Assembly: GCF_033153115.1 (NCBI RefSeq)
Contig: NW_026889805.1
Coordinates: forward strand, 9,610,001-9,674,000
Direction: 5' to 3'
DNA: 64,000 nucleotides
Source of the DNA: Saccostrea echinata
Lineage: Eukaryota
Shown: positions 11,900 through 25,300 of the stretch, piece after piece
Numbering within the stretch: position 1 is the stretch's first letter
Layout: the number at the start of each line of letters is the position of its first letter
Program-made: the position numbers and the translations under genes
The notes under the pieces: generated by a model
What the model was told of the DNA's origin: nothing
Seen by the model: only the letters and a program-made list of their open reading frames with translations
The model's database searches: none

Positions 11900-13050
11900 A
11901 GCAGAAATTTAGCATAACATTTAATATCTTAAATTCTCTCAATTAAGATGCTTAAAAAAGTTGAGAATTCATGGAGATATTGATACAATCAATATTAAGA
12001 CACTAAGTTAGGAGTCTTGATTATTGTTGGTAGTAGAAGTGATTTAATTTCAAAATATAATTGATGTAGAAAACAATGGTCCCACAAAAACAAAACTTAC
12101 CAAATAATAAAGCATTTAATGAAAAGTAGCCAGTGAAAATTAACCAACAGGTGCCAAATTTGACTGAAATTGCAAGTTGGCTCATCTTGAGGACCACAGC
12201 TATATGGATGTTTTATCTTGGATTCATTGCAAAATTAGATGAGCATTGTTGGTCATTTGTAAAAATTAGTTCCAAAGACAGGGTGGTGTTTTGTATCTTT
12301 GGAGTTTGGTACTGAATGGATCAGATATCTTATAACTTAATTTTCTTCCCATCATACCATTGCTCTGGGATAGGTTATTGAAATGTTTATTTGATCATTG
12401 ATGACCAGGGTGTTGATTGATTGGATTTTGCAATCAAATAGTGTAGGATTAATGTGAAAAGCAATTTCAAAAGAAATCTTTCCTTACTGGGATTAATCCC
12501 AAATTTAATGTGGATTAGTCCATCCCAACCAATAAAAAACTCATTTGTCTTAATTGACAAACTGTCTCTTATGAAATATTCATTATGAATTAAAAAAAAG
12601 ATTAAATTCCACAAAATTTCTGAACATTGGCATTTAGATTAAGTGATACTGGAAAAATTAAAATCATCTTTCACTTGCATGAAAACTAAAAATCTCTTCA
12701 TATAGGGAGTGTCAGTCCAAAGAAAGATAATGTATGTCACAGATTTATTGAAAGGGTAGAAGAAAAACTCTATAATTATGGCAATATTGCTTTCTATATC
12801 AGAAGATCTGTTTTGCTTCGGTGCAAATATTGACAGTTGCGTTAAAGTGATACAGTTCATCAATATCCAGTAAAAGGGACCATTGTGCTCTATAATGATG
12901 ACGCTGAGCGCTATCTGAAGAAGCTTAAAGACCCCAGATTCTGGCTGTGTATGATATGGGTAGGTGATTAGCATAGACTGCCACATTAGCAGTTGGTCGA
13001 AATCAAATTTACAACCAACTTAATCACAGGCTTGCTGCAATGAAGCATTT
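11900..13050 (-). mobile_element. Possible highly degenerate L1/Tx1-like LINE remnant
   Basis: Minus-strand peptide fragments (IIFLWTDTPYMKR, LWNLIF..IHIKFGIN, ITLTQLSIFAP) loosely resemble L1/Tx1 ORF2 segments. No intact catalytic motif was seen. Confidence 0.3.
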
Positions 13051-13978
13051 CTAAATTAATTACACAAATACATTTGCTGTAGCAGACCAGGTTTTATTTC
13101 TAAATCCTTGTTAATCCCTTGGTGTTTTATAGAACAATTTCAGTGATATGAAGATTGATTTTTGTCATGTTACAACTGGGTGACATTAAGTGTACAAAAG
13201 CTTGCACCTAATCATACCATGGAAAAGTCATCAAAATATGGAGCTTCCAGAACAGGATCCCTATAACCATAAAATGACCAGAACCCCGTTATGTCAGGAA
13301 AATGCTCATCTGTATACAATTCAAAGCCAAAACAAGATCATAATCGCTGTACCATGATCAGAATTTCTATGTACTTGTACAATGCTTATTTCCATGTAAT
13401 TCAAAAGTTTCGAGTCAATTCATTTTCCATGTTCTTTAATTATTTAAGCAGGAAAAGGACACATTCTCTGGAATTTAGATTTCTAGGGAAAGATTACACT
13501 GCCTTTAAATTCATACAAATATTGAAAAGAAGTCAATTTCAAAAAACAGAGCAAAGGTCACTACTTTTAGTATGGTAAGCTCTGTAAAGCCACCTTAGAG
13601 ATTTTGGTTCTCTATGAGGTACACATAATATCTTTTTTTGTTAAAAAAAAAATAACCTTTCAGTATGAACAAAATTGGAAATTTGTATGTGAACAACCAA
13701 GAAATGAAGTATTTATTGTAAGTATGCATGCATGCCCATGTTTATCCATGAATAGAATGGCGACAGGAACTAGCTCTAACCCTCTATTTTACAAACTGAT
13801 CCCAGAGGAAATTAATTTTCACACAGATGCTCAACTGCCACATAGATCACCATCTCTGTTGCATTGTTTTCAGTCTAGGAGAAACTACTAGAGTGGTCCA
13901 GCTATCTTTGTTGTGGTATGTGTGATAAAAAGGTTGAAACATTACCAAAAAAAAAGACATAACCCGTATCAGCAGGTT

Positions 13979-14203
13979 ACTGTAAAATCTCTTATTTTCC
14001 ATGGGGTCAAATTTTCATGGTTTAAGAAAAAAATGTAGGTTTAAGGAGAATTGATTTTATAATTTTTCAAATATGTAGTATTGTCTTCATTTGAAATTTA
14101 AACATATAAGCATTTCAAATTCATGGTGGACAGGAATTCATGGGTCTTCATACCATTGTGAAACAATGATAATTACCCCCACACAAAAATAAGTGGTTTC
14201 ACA
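13979..14203. mobile_element. Degenerate MITE (TA-CTGT termini, Tc1/mariner-type)
   Basis: Starts TACTGTAAAATCTCTTATTTT and ends AAAAATAAGTGGTTTCACA, with internal TTCATGG repeats. A related left end lies at ~59115-59200. Confidence 0.5.
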
Positions 14204-14231
14204 TTTTTTTTTTTATGCCTTATCATAAATA

Positions 14232-14502
14232 GTTGCCTGCATGTGCAGTGGTTAGAGTGTTTGCTCTAGAGTCGCGGAGTAAGGAGTTGATCCTTACATT
14301 GTGGAGACTGGTGCTTTGGATGAGACCGTATAAACAGAGGTCCCATGTCGCAGTAGGTGCTGGCACAAAAAAGATCCCTCACTGCTCATTGGTCCTGAGT
14401 GCCGAGTATATGTCAAAATTTGCAGCTCTCCACCGACAAGTGGTGGCATCTCCATATGAGTGAAAAATTCTCGAGAGGGATGTTAAACAACAAACAAACA
14501 AA
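14232..14502 (+). mobile_element. Second V-SINE-like copy (B box deleted)
   Basis: Colinear with 2536-2818: GTGGTTAGAG..GCTCTAGAGTCGCGGAGTAAGGAG, TTTGGATGAGACCGTATAAACAGAGGTCCC, ATGAGTGAAAAATTCTCGA and an (AAAC)n tail. Confidence 0.85.
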
Positions 14503-14662
14503 ATTGACAAGGGCATGTAGACAATCACTTTTGACCAGTTAACAATCACTCTCTGAAAGGTTAATTATATGTTGATAGGTACGCATGAGACTTTCACTTC
14601 TTGAACATGTACCTGATATGTATTGGTTAAGAAAACAATTTATGTATCAGTGATTTTTTTTT

Positions 14663-16510
14663 TAGCTCTTCTGAGCCAAAGGCTCAAAGAGCTAATGCTA
14701 TGGCCAATTGTGCGGTGTGCGTAAACTTTTTAGAATATGGGCCATAACTCAAGAACCCCTTGGCCAATTATTGTCAAATTTTTCACAGGGTATCCTTGGC
14801 CCAAGGGCTCTCTTTTGTACTAAAACTAGGGTTGTGACCCTTTAACAAGGGGAGATAATTAGGAAAATAGAAACAAAAGTACTGGTTGCTAAAAAATCTT
14901 CTTCTCAAGAACCATAGGGCAGATTATCACCAAACTTACACAAAAGGATGAGGATATGTTGTAGATTAAAATTTGCACGGGAATTTACCCTGGGGCAAAG
15001 GGCTTGGTCTCAAGGTCACTTCAAAGTTGACCAAAAATTACATTTTATTAAAATGTTGATATTTTGCTTACTATAAGGATTAGGATCATCAAATCTTGTC
15101 AGTTGATGCATCTAAGGACCTCATATCATGTTGACTCAAAGTAGGTCACGGTGACCTACTTTTTAAATTTTGCGGCCATTCTTTTTTAAAATGATTTAGA
15201 GGCATATTTTGAACAATTTAAGGCCTATGATCATCAAACTTTGTCAGTTGATGCATCTTGGGTCCTCAAAGTACGTCAACTAAAAAGTAGGTCACCTTGA
15301 CCTACTTTTTGAATTTTATGGCTTATCTTTTTCAAAACAATTAAGGTCATTAATTCGAATACCGAGAGGTTTAGAATCAAATCTTGTAAGATGATGCATC
15401 TTGGGGCCATAAAACATATTTATTAAAAAGTAGGTCACAGTGACCTACTTTTTGAACTTTGCAGGCATTCGATTTCAAAGCGTTTTAGAGGCATAATTTG
15501 GACATTTTAAAGCCTATGATCATAAAACTTTGTAAGTTGATGCATCTTGGGTCCTCAAAAAAAGTTAACTAAAAGTAGGTCACCGTGACCTACTTTTGAA
15601 AATTTATGACTTTAATTAAATATTTCAGGTACTAATTGGCTTAGAATCATCAAAGTTTGTCAGTTGATGCATCTTGGGTCTTTGGAGTAGGTTGACTGAA
15701 AAGTAGGTCACCGTGACCTACTTTTGAAAACTTATGGCTTTAATTAAATATTTCGGGTACTAATTGGCTTAGAATCATCAAACTTTGTCAGTTGATGCAT
15801 CTTGGGTCTTTGGAGTAGGTTGACTGAAAAGTAGGTCACCATGACTACTTTTGAAAATTTATGGCTTTAATTAAATATTTCAGGTACTAATTGGCTTAGA
15901 ATCATCAAAGTTTGTCAGTTGATGCATCGTGGGTCTTCGGAGTAGGTCGACTGAAAAGTAGGTCACCGTGAGCTACTTTTGAAAATTTATGGCTTTAATT
16001 AAATATTTCGGGTACTAATTGGCTTAGAATCATCAAAGTTTGTCAGTTGATGCATCTTGGGTCCTTGGAGTAGGTTGAATGAAAAGTAGGTCACCATAAC
16101 CTACTTTTGAAAATTTATGGCATTAATGAAATATTTTTGGTACTAATTGGCTTAGAATCATCAAATTTTGTCAGTTGATGCATCTTGGGTATTTGGATTA
16201 CAACAACTGAAAAGTAGGTCACTTTGACCTACTTAATAAATTTTATGGTTATAATTTTAAAAAATATTTTAGGTACTAATTGGCTTAGAATCATCAAACT
16301 TAGTGATGGGTCCTCAGAGAATGACAAGTGAGTAGGTCACCTGACCAACTCTCAGGTACTAATTGGCTAAGAATCATCTTGGGTTCTCAGAATGTGAATT
16401 GGAATTTCAAGGGTTTATCTAAATATACAGGATACTTAGAGGCTTCAGATAGAAGTGATAGGTTGTACAGTTTATCAGAAGAGCGATTCAAGGCCCTTGG
16501 GCCTCTTGTT
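14663..16510 (+). mobile_element. Complete HINE-like element with internal 145/128-bp satellite array
   Basis: 5' end TAGCTCTTCTGAGCCAAAGGCTCAAAGAGC; 3' end CAGAAGAGCG..AGGCCCTTGGGCCTCTTGTT. GTAGGTCAC recurs at 15141, 15287, 15430, 15575, 15703, 15831, 15958, 16086, 16214 and 16332. Confidence 0.88.
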
Positions 16511-16571
16511 ATTTAGTATATAAATTATTTTACTGTCGGAAAACAGTAGTAACATTGGTTTTATTTAGTGC

Positions 16572-16576
<5 letters not shown>

Positions 16577-16659
<83 letters not shown>
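16577..16659. repeat. (TA)n microsatellite
   Basis: About 41 uninterrupted TA units. Confidence 0.97.
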
Positions 16660-16661
<2 letters not shown>

Positions 16662-18469
16662 CTCTGGAGTTTTAGAATGTTTTTTATGAACAGTATTTTT
16701 TATACAAATCAGATTCTAGAAATTGATTACATTTATAAATTACACAATCAGTAATGTCATCTTGCTTTGGATGATTAGCAGCAATTTTCAATCTTTCCAA
16801 TGGTATGAAAGACCATATAGCTAAAATTAAAGCAATCCAGATATCTGGATGCTTCACCTATCCAGATTTTGACGGAGAACTGAAGCAGCCGGATAAGCAA
16901 GGCTCCACAGTGTATTTGAAATTGTAACTTGATAATCTTAAACTAAATATAAATCTTAAACTTAACTATGTAAAATTTGTACCACATCATATTCTCCTTG
17001 ACTGAAGGTTTTTCCTCTTTTCCTCAATAGAGCAGAAATACACAGAAATGACCCTTACATATTAATTAACTGACAAAGTAGGGCTATAATTACTGCCTTG
17101 TCAGTACATCATCAGTGTGTCAGACATCTGAGATAGTACACATGCTGGGGGATGCATTATTAATTGTAGTTTTATAGATTTGTTTACTTTGTGTTGCATG
17201 TTGGGAGGCTGTTGATATAAATGTAAAGAAATAAAGTGTATGGGTTATGGACCAAAGTGAAGGAGATGATATAAGAACTTTTTTGTACTTTATTGATGGG
17301 ACAATGAAGTCAGGGTTTGTTGATGTAATATAGATTGCTAGAACCAGATCAAAAGCATGATTTTATGATCAATTTACAGATGTGAACCTTTTCTGTATAT
17401 TTGTAACTTTTTCAAACAGAAGGAAACCAAAGAGACTCAGTGGATGGGGCATGTGACATGAAAAGGTTCCCAAAATAAAACAAGATTTCAATTAACAATT
17501 TTGTTTCTTCACTCTTATCATAGTCTTGTAGCATATATAATAGCCCTCCCTCCCCTCCCCTCCCCCCCCCCCCCCCAAAAAAAAAGATTATAAATATTGA
17601 CAGCAGGCTTGTAGATTACCTGTACACAGAGCAATAAAATATCAGTTTTACCTTGAATTTATTACATGTATACTTTATTATCTTCAAAAATTGAAAAAAA
17701 ATTAATTTAATCAATCAATCTATGTCCATCGTTGGAAACCAAAGGTCAGTCTCATGAAATTGACTGGGGGTTTATGATGATGTCTTATGTCTGGCCTTTA
17801 TATAAATTTTATTATCTAAAATACATATGTTTAAATGCTTTGTTTGTTACATTTTAACATTTTTATCTTGTCAAAAGTAAATCATTATTTTTTTAAATAA
17901 ACCACATTTAAGCATAATTTGCAGCATTGATGGAAATATTGTTTAGAACAGAAAGAAGGGGGAAGGAGAGTATTCTCATGTGTCTGATCTATTGCATACA
18001 GTAGGTTTTGTTCTGATGAAATATTGACATGTGTGCAATATGAAGATAAAATAACTCATTTTCTTCCTTGTGGTAGATGCAGGTCTATATTAAATAAATT
18101 AATATTTCATGTGTTCTTTTTCTAGCTGCTGGCAAATCATGTTTACAATGGTATTGTAAGTACAAACTTAATAGCTATAGTTAGTCATTAATCATTCATA
18201 ATATAGTGTGAATGGACCTAGGCTGAACCAGCAGATGAATAATGCAGAGAAGTCAGGAAGTAGTGAGCCACTTGGTATCTGTACCTGCAAAATCATCATC
18301 TGAAATGTGCCTGCAGTCCATCTTGTCTGATAAATGACCAGGTCACAGCAAGGATTTTCTAGCCCTATTGCTTTTGTCTCCATGACATAATGATTATGTA
18401 AAATTTCTGCAACTTCTAACATTTGAACCAGAACCAGGAAGTAAAATTCTTGGCCCTATAGTGAGAAAT

Positions 18470-18563
18470 GTCTCCTGAGCCAAAGACACAAGTGAACTTT
18501 ATTTGCTCAGTGATTGAAGGGTGTCCAGTGTCTGTCACATTCATCTGTAATCTTTTTATATTT

Positions 18564-18600
<37 letters not shown>

Positions 18601-18610
18601 GCATCCTTTG
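18470..18610 (+). mobile_element. HINE 5' fragment
   Basis: CCTGAGCCAAAGACACAAGTGAAC and TTCTTCTCCAGAACCACTGGACCAATTTCAACCAAGC match the starts of other HINE copies. Confidence 0.55.
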
Positions 18611-19265
18611 ATGTAGGCATACATGTTAACCTACTGTGATGAAAAAAGAGAGATTGAGACCTCAAAAAGAGGTAGCTTTGTGCGTGGTACTGGCACTTTA
18701 TACTTCGATTTTAAGAAGATATGCAAAATGGCCTCAAATGACCACTGCAACAGTTAAAAATATCAACTGCAATGAAGTCGTCAAAAACACCATTTACATA
18801 AATTATGCAAATAAATATTTTTCATGCTCACCACAATAGCTTTGAGTAGCTGCTTTAGCCTTTTGAAAAGTGATAATTATTGATATAGCCTGGAAATAAT
18901 ACTTGTCAATGTTCATTTTAATAGTTGTCAACTATAGCAAATGATATCTCATTATATAGTCCAGATCTAAAACTATTTTGTATTCCTTAAAAAAAAAAAG
19001 GCCACGGTGACATAAAGAAGATACAAGATACATTTACGGATTATATTATGAATAATGATTCCCTTTCTAACTTTTATCCAGGTTCTAGAATACTGTTTCT
19101 CCCTTTTTTGGCAGGGACGATGATGAAATTTATTGTAACTAATGTAATCTTTGAGATGTATGCACCTGTTACGGTCAAACATCTGCTTGAAGTCCGTGTA
19201 AATATCAAAACGAAAAAAAGCATTTATATGTTCCAAGTTCAAATCACGCAATGTCTTACAAACCA

Positions 19266-19699
19266 CATCTTCCCATGTCAAGGGTTTTTGATCCACTCTG
19301 CTGCACATAAACCCTTGACTGAATCTAGTGAGATTATACATTTTGAACTCTACTGACCTCTGTATTGACCAATCAGAAAGCAAATTAAACAGAGAATGCG
19401 ATACAATATTGGAAGATGGTAATAAATTCAACATAATAACATAAATTTAACATAACTAAGACCTGAGAAAAGCCTTTAACTGGGTTATTTAATGGTAAAG
19501 ATGTTTTTGTTGGGACTAAAACTTGTGTGTTTTCTGTTTACGATTTACTTTCAGGTTAAATACAACGTCTTTGATTGGCTCATGCAAACTTGTATGAGAC
19601 CAGTCAGAGAACGCATTTCTTACCATGTCAAACTTGGCCTATTCGGTCAAAGGTTTTTGTGGAGCGAAGTGGATCAGAAACTGTTGACTTGGGAAGATG
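19266..19699. mobile_element. Non-autonomous DNA transposon with ~60-bp TIRs and 9-bp TSD (Mutator-like by TSD length)
   Basis: CATCTTCCCATGTCAAGGGTTTTTGATCCACT.. is inverted to ..AGTGGATCAGAAACTGTTGACTTGGGAAGATG. Flanks are TACAAACCA / TAGAAACCA (8/9). Confidence 0.75.
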
Positions 19700-21265
19700 T
19701 AGAAACCAATGAGATTTTATGAACAAGTGGTTTCAAAAATGGCTACCCTGAAGCAAGCTGTTTACTATTATGAAAATTCCATTTTTGTCCCCAGATTCTG
19801 TTTTCTTATTTTTTTGATATGAAAATTAAGGAGATTGACATTTACATTAAGTTGTACAGAAATAAAATGTTTTAACACAGCCAGCAGACAGGCATCAATT
19901 GTCACAAATCCCTGAAGCCAAATCTTGCTCTTTTTCCTGTAAAATTCAATGCATTAAATCTTCTTTATTGTTCTTTGTTGAATATTTTTTTCCTGTAAAC
20001 TGTTTTGAGGACCTTGAAGATATTGTTGTGTTTCCTCTCTAATGGGTTTCGGAGATTGCTGACGGTCTGTAGATACATGGCTTACGTTGACCAATTAATA
20101 TCATTTAAGTTCTTGTCTGGCTTGCGATATACAAGTCCAGCTCAGATGGTCGGGCAATCACAAGAAATGGTCCAGAGATTAAGTGGTATGTCAATGACGA
20201 CTGAAGGTTTCTTTTGGCAGGAATTGATCTCCATTGCAGCCTGAGATGATCCTTGTGATCAGCTATTCATGAAATATCAGGCAGTGGCGCGGAATCAATG
20301 TGTCATACAATGAGATGGTCATCTGATATCTTACAGTTTATATGTGATGGAACTCAACAAAATCATACAAACTTGTCAGAAATTAGGATTGGTTATCTAA
20401 AGTGAATTTCAGAGTGAGGTACAATTTTTGTCATAGGAGTGAACAGACAGATAGTGTTGGAATATTCATGGGACTTTTCCTACACAGATCAATATAAAAT
20501 ATCTGATTGAATATTTAGAAAGCAATATACCTAAATTATGGTTTTGCATTGCTCTACAAAGTAAACTAAGAAGGGACTGAAAAAGTTTTCTAGAATTTTG
20601 TATGACTGCCTATAGTTGAACAGAATCTGTGTTACATTTGAATATTTGGGTATAGTTTTGTTACCTTTCTTAAGGTTAACCAAAGTACCATTATATGTAC
20701 ACTTTATTTGATGTTCGTAGATCTTGGGAATGTTTTGGATATTCTCCTAGGTGAATTCATTAAGGCAATTTATAGTTTTGTCTTGTCAAATTAAAAATTC
20801 TTGAATTTGTTTTTTTTTTTTTTTTTTTTTTTTTAGTTTACTATGCATCCATTATATATGAAGCAAAACACTGGAGAATAATCTGCAGATAAATGACAAT
20901 TTCATCAACAATTTGAATAGAAGGGAATTTCATTTTGAATTAATTGATCTGAATTATTTAGGATCAATGCTAGTCATAGAGATAATACATCAATATTCTT
21001 GAAATAAAATATGCACTATTCTGGTTTCAGTATTAGTTTATATGGATGTGAAATGGTCTGTGACACATTTATTTTTATTTGGATAATGTGTTTTGATACA
21101 AAATGACTGCTAACAAACTGTTTAACTGCATGGATATTGAGATAGTCCACTGTTATTTTGAAAAATAGGTTTTTAGTAGCAGGTAAAAATAAATTACATA
21201 ACAAAGTGCTTTAAATTGATATTGGTCTTAATGTGTGGCATTTTAATGTGTGACATTTTCACTTT

Positions 21266-22330
21266 TTAGCTCACCTGAGTAAGCTATTCTGATCACCTGC
21301 TGTCTGGCATCCGTCAGTCTGTCTGTCTGTCTACTGTCTGTCTGTCAGTTCTGGCATCCTACCCTCTGTCTACTGTCCGTCTGTCTACTGTGTATTGTCT
21401 GTCTGTCCGCCAGTAAACTTTTCACATTTTCAACTTCTCAAAAACCAATGGGCCAATTTTAACCAAGTTGGCACATTTAAGTATCCTTCTGTGAAGAGGA
21501 TTCTAAATTGTTCAAATGAATTACAGGGCCAAGCACTATTCCAAGGGGAGATAATCAAGATAAAGCAAAAATAGGGTTGGGTCATTAAAAAATCTTGTCA
21601 GAAAGAGGTTAAACTTGTGTGAAAACTTCATGAGTTAGTGTAGATTCTAAAATGTTCAGATCATGGCCTCTGGGGGAAGGGTGGGGCTGCAATAGGGAAT
21701 AGAATTTTTATATTGAAATATATAGTAAAAATTCTTTAAAATTCTTCTCAAGAACCCTGGACCAGAGGAGATGAAACTTACATGAAGGGTTGAAGACCAG
21801 AGGTAATGTATATTCTTAATTGTTCAAATCATGGCCCCTGGGGATTGGGTCGGACCACAATAGGGGATCAAAGTTTTACATTAAAATATGTAGGAAAAAC
21901 TCTTTAAATATCTTCTCAAGAATCACTGGGCTAGAAGATTTGAAACTTAAATGAAAGCTTCCTGAGGTAGTGTAGATTTTAAATTGTTCAAATCATGGCC
22001 CTAGGGGACACAATAGGGGATCAAAGTTTTGCATGGGACATTATAGGAAATACATTTTTGAAAATCTTTTCTAGAACCACAATTGCACCATTCATATGCA
22101 AACATTTCCAAATTGTGTGGATTAAGTCTTTTTTTTTTTTTTAAATAATGCACCGCATAATGCATTCATACAGGAAAAAGAATTTTCTTCACCATTATTG
22201 CATTTGGGCCATGATAGTCTAATTTGATATTGAAGCATCCCCATGTGTGAATTCAGAGAACTTTAGAGTAAGAGTGGGGCTATAATTTTGGGTCACAATT
22301 TTTCATTGGAATATAGGAATCTTTTTTGAA
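21266..22330 (+). mobile_element. HINE-like element with (CTGT)n tract and Cg170-type units
   Basis: TTAGCTCACCTGAG start, GTCT microsatellite at 21310-21410, then units with GTGTAGATT, TTCAAATCATGGCCC and CACAATAGGGGATCAAAG. The 3' end is decayed. Confidence 0.8.
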
Positions 22331-25300
22331 ATCATCTTATTAAAAGTATATCACTTGTGAAATAAGTTATATCAAGGATTTTTTGAGAAAAATATTTTAG
22401 ATAAGTACTTGTATAGCATGATCAAAATCGCAAAGAAAATGGGGGGTCAGTGTGCATCTTACTGAGCTACAGTTCAATTAAGTTGATCTTTTTGCACTTA
22501 AATTGTAACTCTTTGGTTAATCACTTTAATCTTTATCATATTTTATCAGGTGTAATTATGGCAATAAATATAATCTTATTTTATCTAAAATATAGTTTTA
22601 ATAATATTTATCATTGAACAAATCTAGCTTCAGGTCTGTAGCTCACTGGTCTGTAAATGTTGGGATGGACGACCAGAGAGCTTAAAGGTGCCACCCATTG
22701 AAAAAAGCTTATATTTATTGTGCACAAGAAAAAAAGAGCTGTTTCTTAATTCATTTCTAAGAATTATAACTTACATCATATCGCTTTCCAAATGACACCA
22801 TATTATGTCTCAAACTAGGATTAGTTTGAATATTTGAGTGCAGCGTAAAATATACCCTGATGTAAACGAAGGACCTGTGTTATAGTCAGTATGTACCTAT
22901 GTAGAGGATTTTCTGCCATTTCCAGACTTCCCTAAAGATAAAGGACCAGACTGATTTTTTAGGAGAACACATGACTTCAATTAAGGGAAAAATGTACAAA
23001 CAGCTTGAATAATTGGATCTTTTTATCAGTTGGTGCTGATGCAGGTTTGATTGATGACTTAATGTGTTTATCAGTAGAAAAGCAATTAAAGTCATAAAGA
23101 TGGCAGTATACACCCTTTTTTGAATTTTATGGACAACAGGAAAGTAGGGACCATAAAATGATTTTTATTTTTATTTTTTTACACAAATAAATTGTGGGAG
23201 GATCTTGCTACAGAGAGAGAGAGAGAAAGAGAACAGGACTAAACAAGGATGGATTTTTTTAAATAGTATTTGAAGATTAAGAAATGTAGTAACCAAATAA
23301 AGTTTGTAACAAAATTGAAAAATGCTAATTATTCAGACAAAACTTTTTCTTAAATCAGCAGGGAGTTTGCAGCAATTTTTAATTTGTTTGCTTAAATGGT
23401 ACCAGTATTTTCATAGGAGATAAAATAATATGAATATTATAATAGTATTTACAGAATCAGCTATTTATAACATTAGGATACGATTAGCAGATAAAGGTTC
23501 AAGTATCTTAGTTAATTTATGGTGTGTGACACCTTATGAAGAATAAGTCAAGACAAATCATCTCTGATATTTTTTATTGATTGATGAGAATGCCATCATT
23601 ATCATCGGGTGAATGATAAAATTCTACCTGAATTGGACACAGATTTATTATAGAAACTCTCATTGCTGTACCCTGCAGCCCTCTCCAGGGATCTGAAAGT
23701 GTGAACTCTCATAATATTCTCATTTTTTTTTGTAGTCTGAACGGTGGTAGATTCACATTAACTTCTTTGTGCACGATTAATTTTCATAGATTTTGTGTAT
23801 TCCCAATGTAGCTGCGTTATTTAGGTGTTGGATATGTCGTACTTCTTGTTTACATATCAGGTGTGTTAATGAGAGAACAGAGCATCACTGATTGTTATGA
23901 AGCAGGGGGCGAGGCAAAAAACAAATATCATTATCTGATTGGTGATATGTTCTGCATTGTGTATCACGGTTATTGTGGATATAAGTTAAACCACCTATTC
24001 TTATTGTATACATGTCTGTTATCTAATAAACTGGTATTATTTTCTGACAGAGATAGAGTATATCACAAGTTTCTTTTTATAAATGTATAATTGCAGTATT
24101 ATAGGGTTATTGAACTTGTATTGGTGAATATTGGCATGGGTTGGCTGCACAAATGCACAAAGTTGATGGTTTGATACCATGTATGTACATATACTTTCTT
24201 ACAGAATATAGTTATACTTGGGTTCTTCTTACAGAAGCTCAAAGAAACTGTAGACACACAGGATTATAATGAATGGGTCTTGGAAATACATTTGCTTTGA
24301 ATTTTCATTGATGAATATATTCTAATGGAAATATATTATTGCAAACAAGTTAAAATTGAAATTTAATGTTATTTAAAGTGTAAAAGGGAATGGGGAAAAT
24401 GCAGTGAGACAGCTGTTGTTGATTATACTGGTCCTCGAAATACTGGTATCTCTTTAAATGCAGTATTTATGTAACAGTGTTGATAGAGAGTATAGTAGTC
24501 TTAAATAAAATAGCCTTCGGTTCTGTCCGATAGTTAGTCAGTAGTATGCATAAATGTTTAAAATTCTAATCGTTAAGGATTTTTAAAAAAAGATTTTTTT
24601 TCAGTTTGCTGTGTCTGTTTATTAGATAACACAACCAGGTTTCCTCCAGAACCATTGATTTTCTCATGTACAAGAGCACGCTCTTTTGTCTTGTTTTTTT
24701 TCCCTACTTCCAAATTGTTTTTGTTTGAATTGTGTGTTTCAAAAGAATTTTTCATTTAATTCCAGGTATTGATCTGTTAAAAAGAAGGAAAAGCAATTTC
24801 TCAGAGACAATTGACAAAACTGCAAGCTTATTAAGAATTTTGTTCCTTAAAAATCTGTAAACAGAAGTTTGTGAGGTTTTACACATAGCCTGAGTGAAGC
24901 TCATCTATCATCATAACAATAGGCAGTGTGCTTTATTTTTTTTAGACCAGTCATTTAACAGAAAGATTTGCTGGAGTTTGGGGTATTCTTAACCAAGCTA
25001 ACAAACTATCTGTTTCACTGCCCTAATAAGTAACACTTTCCTAGATTTATAGAGAGAGTAGCTGCAGGAAATGTCAGTTAATTTTCCCTGGATCTACAGT
25101 TTAATGGATCCTGCTTTGGCTTATTGATCAACAGTATATAGTCAGACATTGGATAATTTCTTTGTTAAGAAAATCTAACAGATGTCTCAATTAAAAATCT
25201 TCTGTAAAAGTCACAAAATCCTTTAAATAATTTATCATAGAAGTGGGACTGCTATTCTATAGATAGACTTGTGATTAAATATTTAATGCATTTTTTTTTT

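Noticed and set aside
18973-19722. Two ORFs sharing the peptide VDQKxLTWEDV on opposite strands
   Set aside because: The similarity comes from the TIRs of the 19266-19699 element, not from paralogous genes.
20030-20340. GC-richer intronic block, possible exon or enhancer
   Set aside because: No convincing splice sites or motif. Cross-species alignment would be needed.
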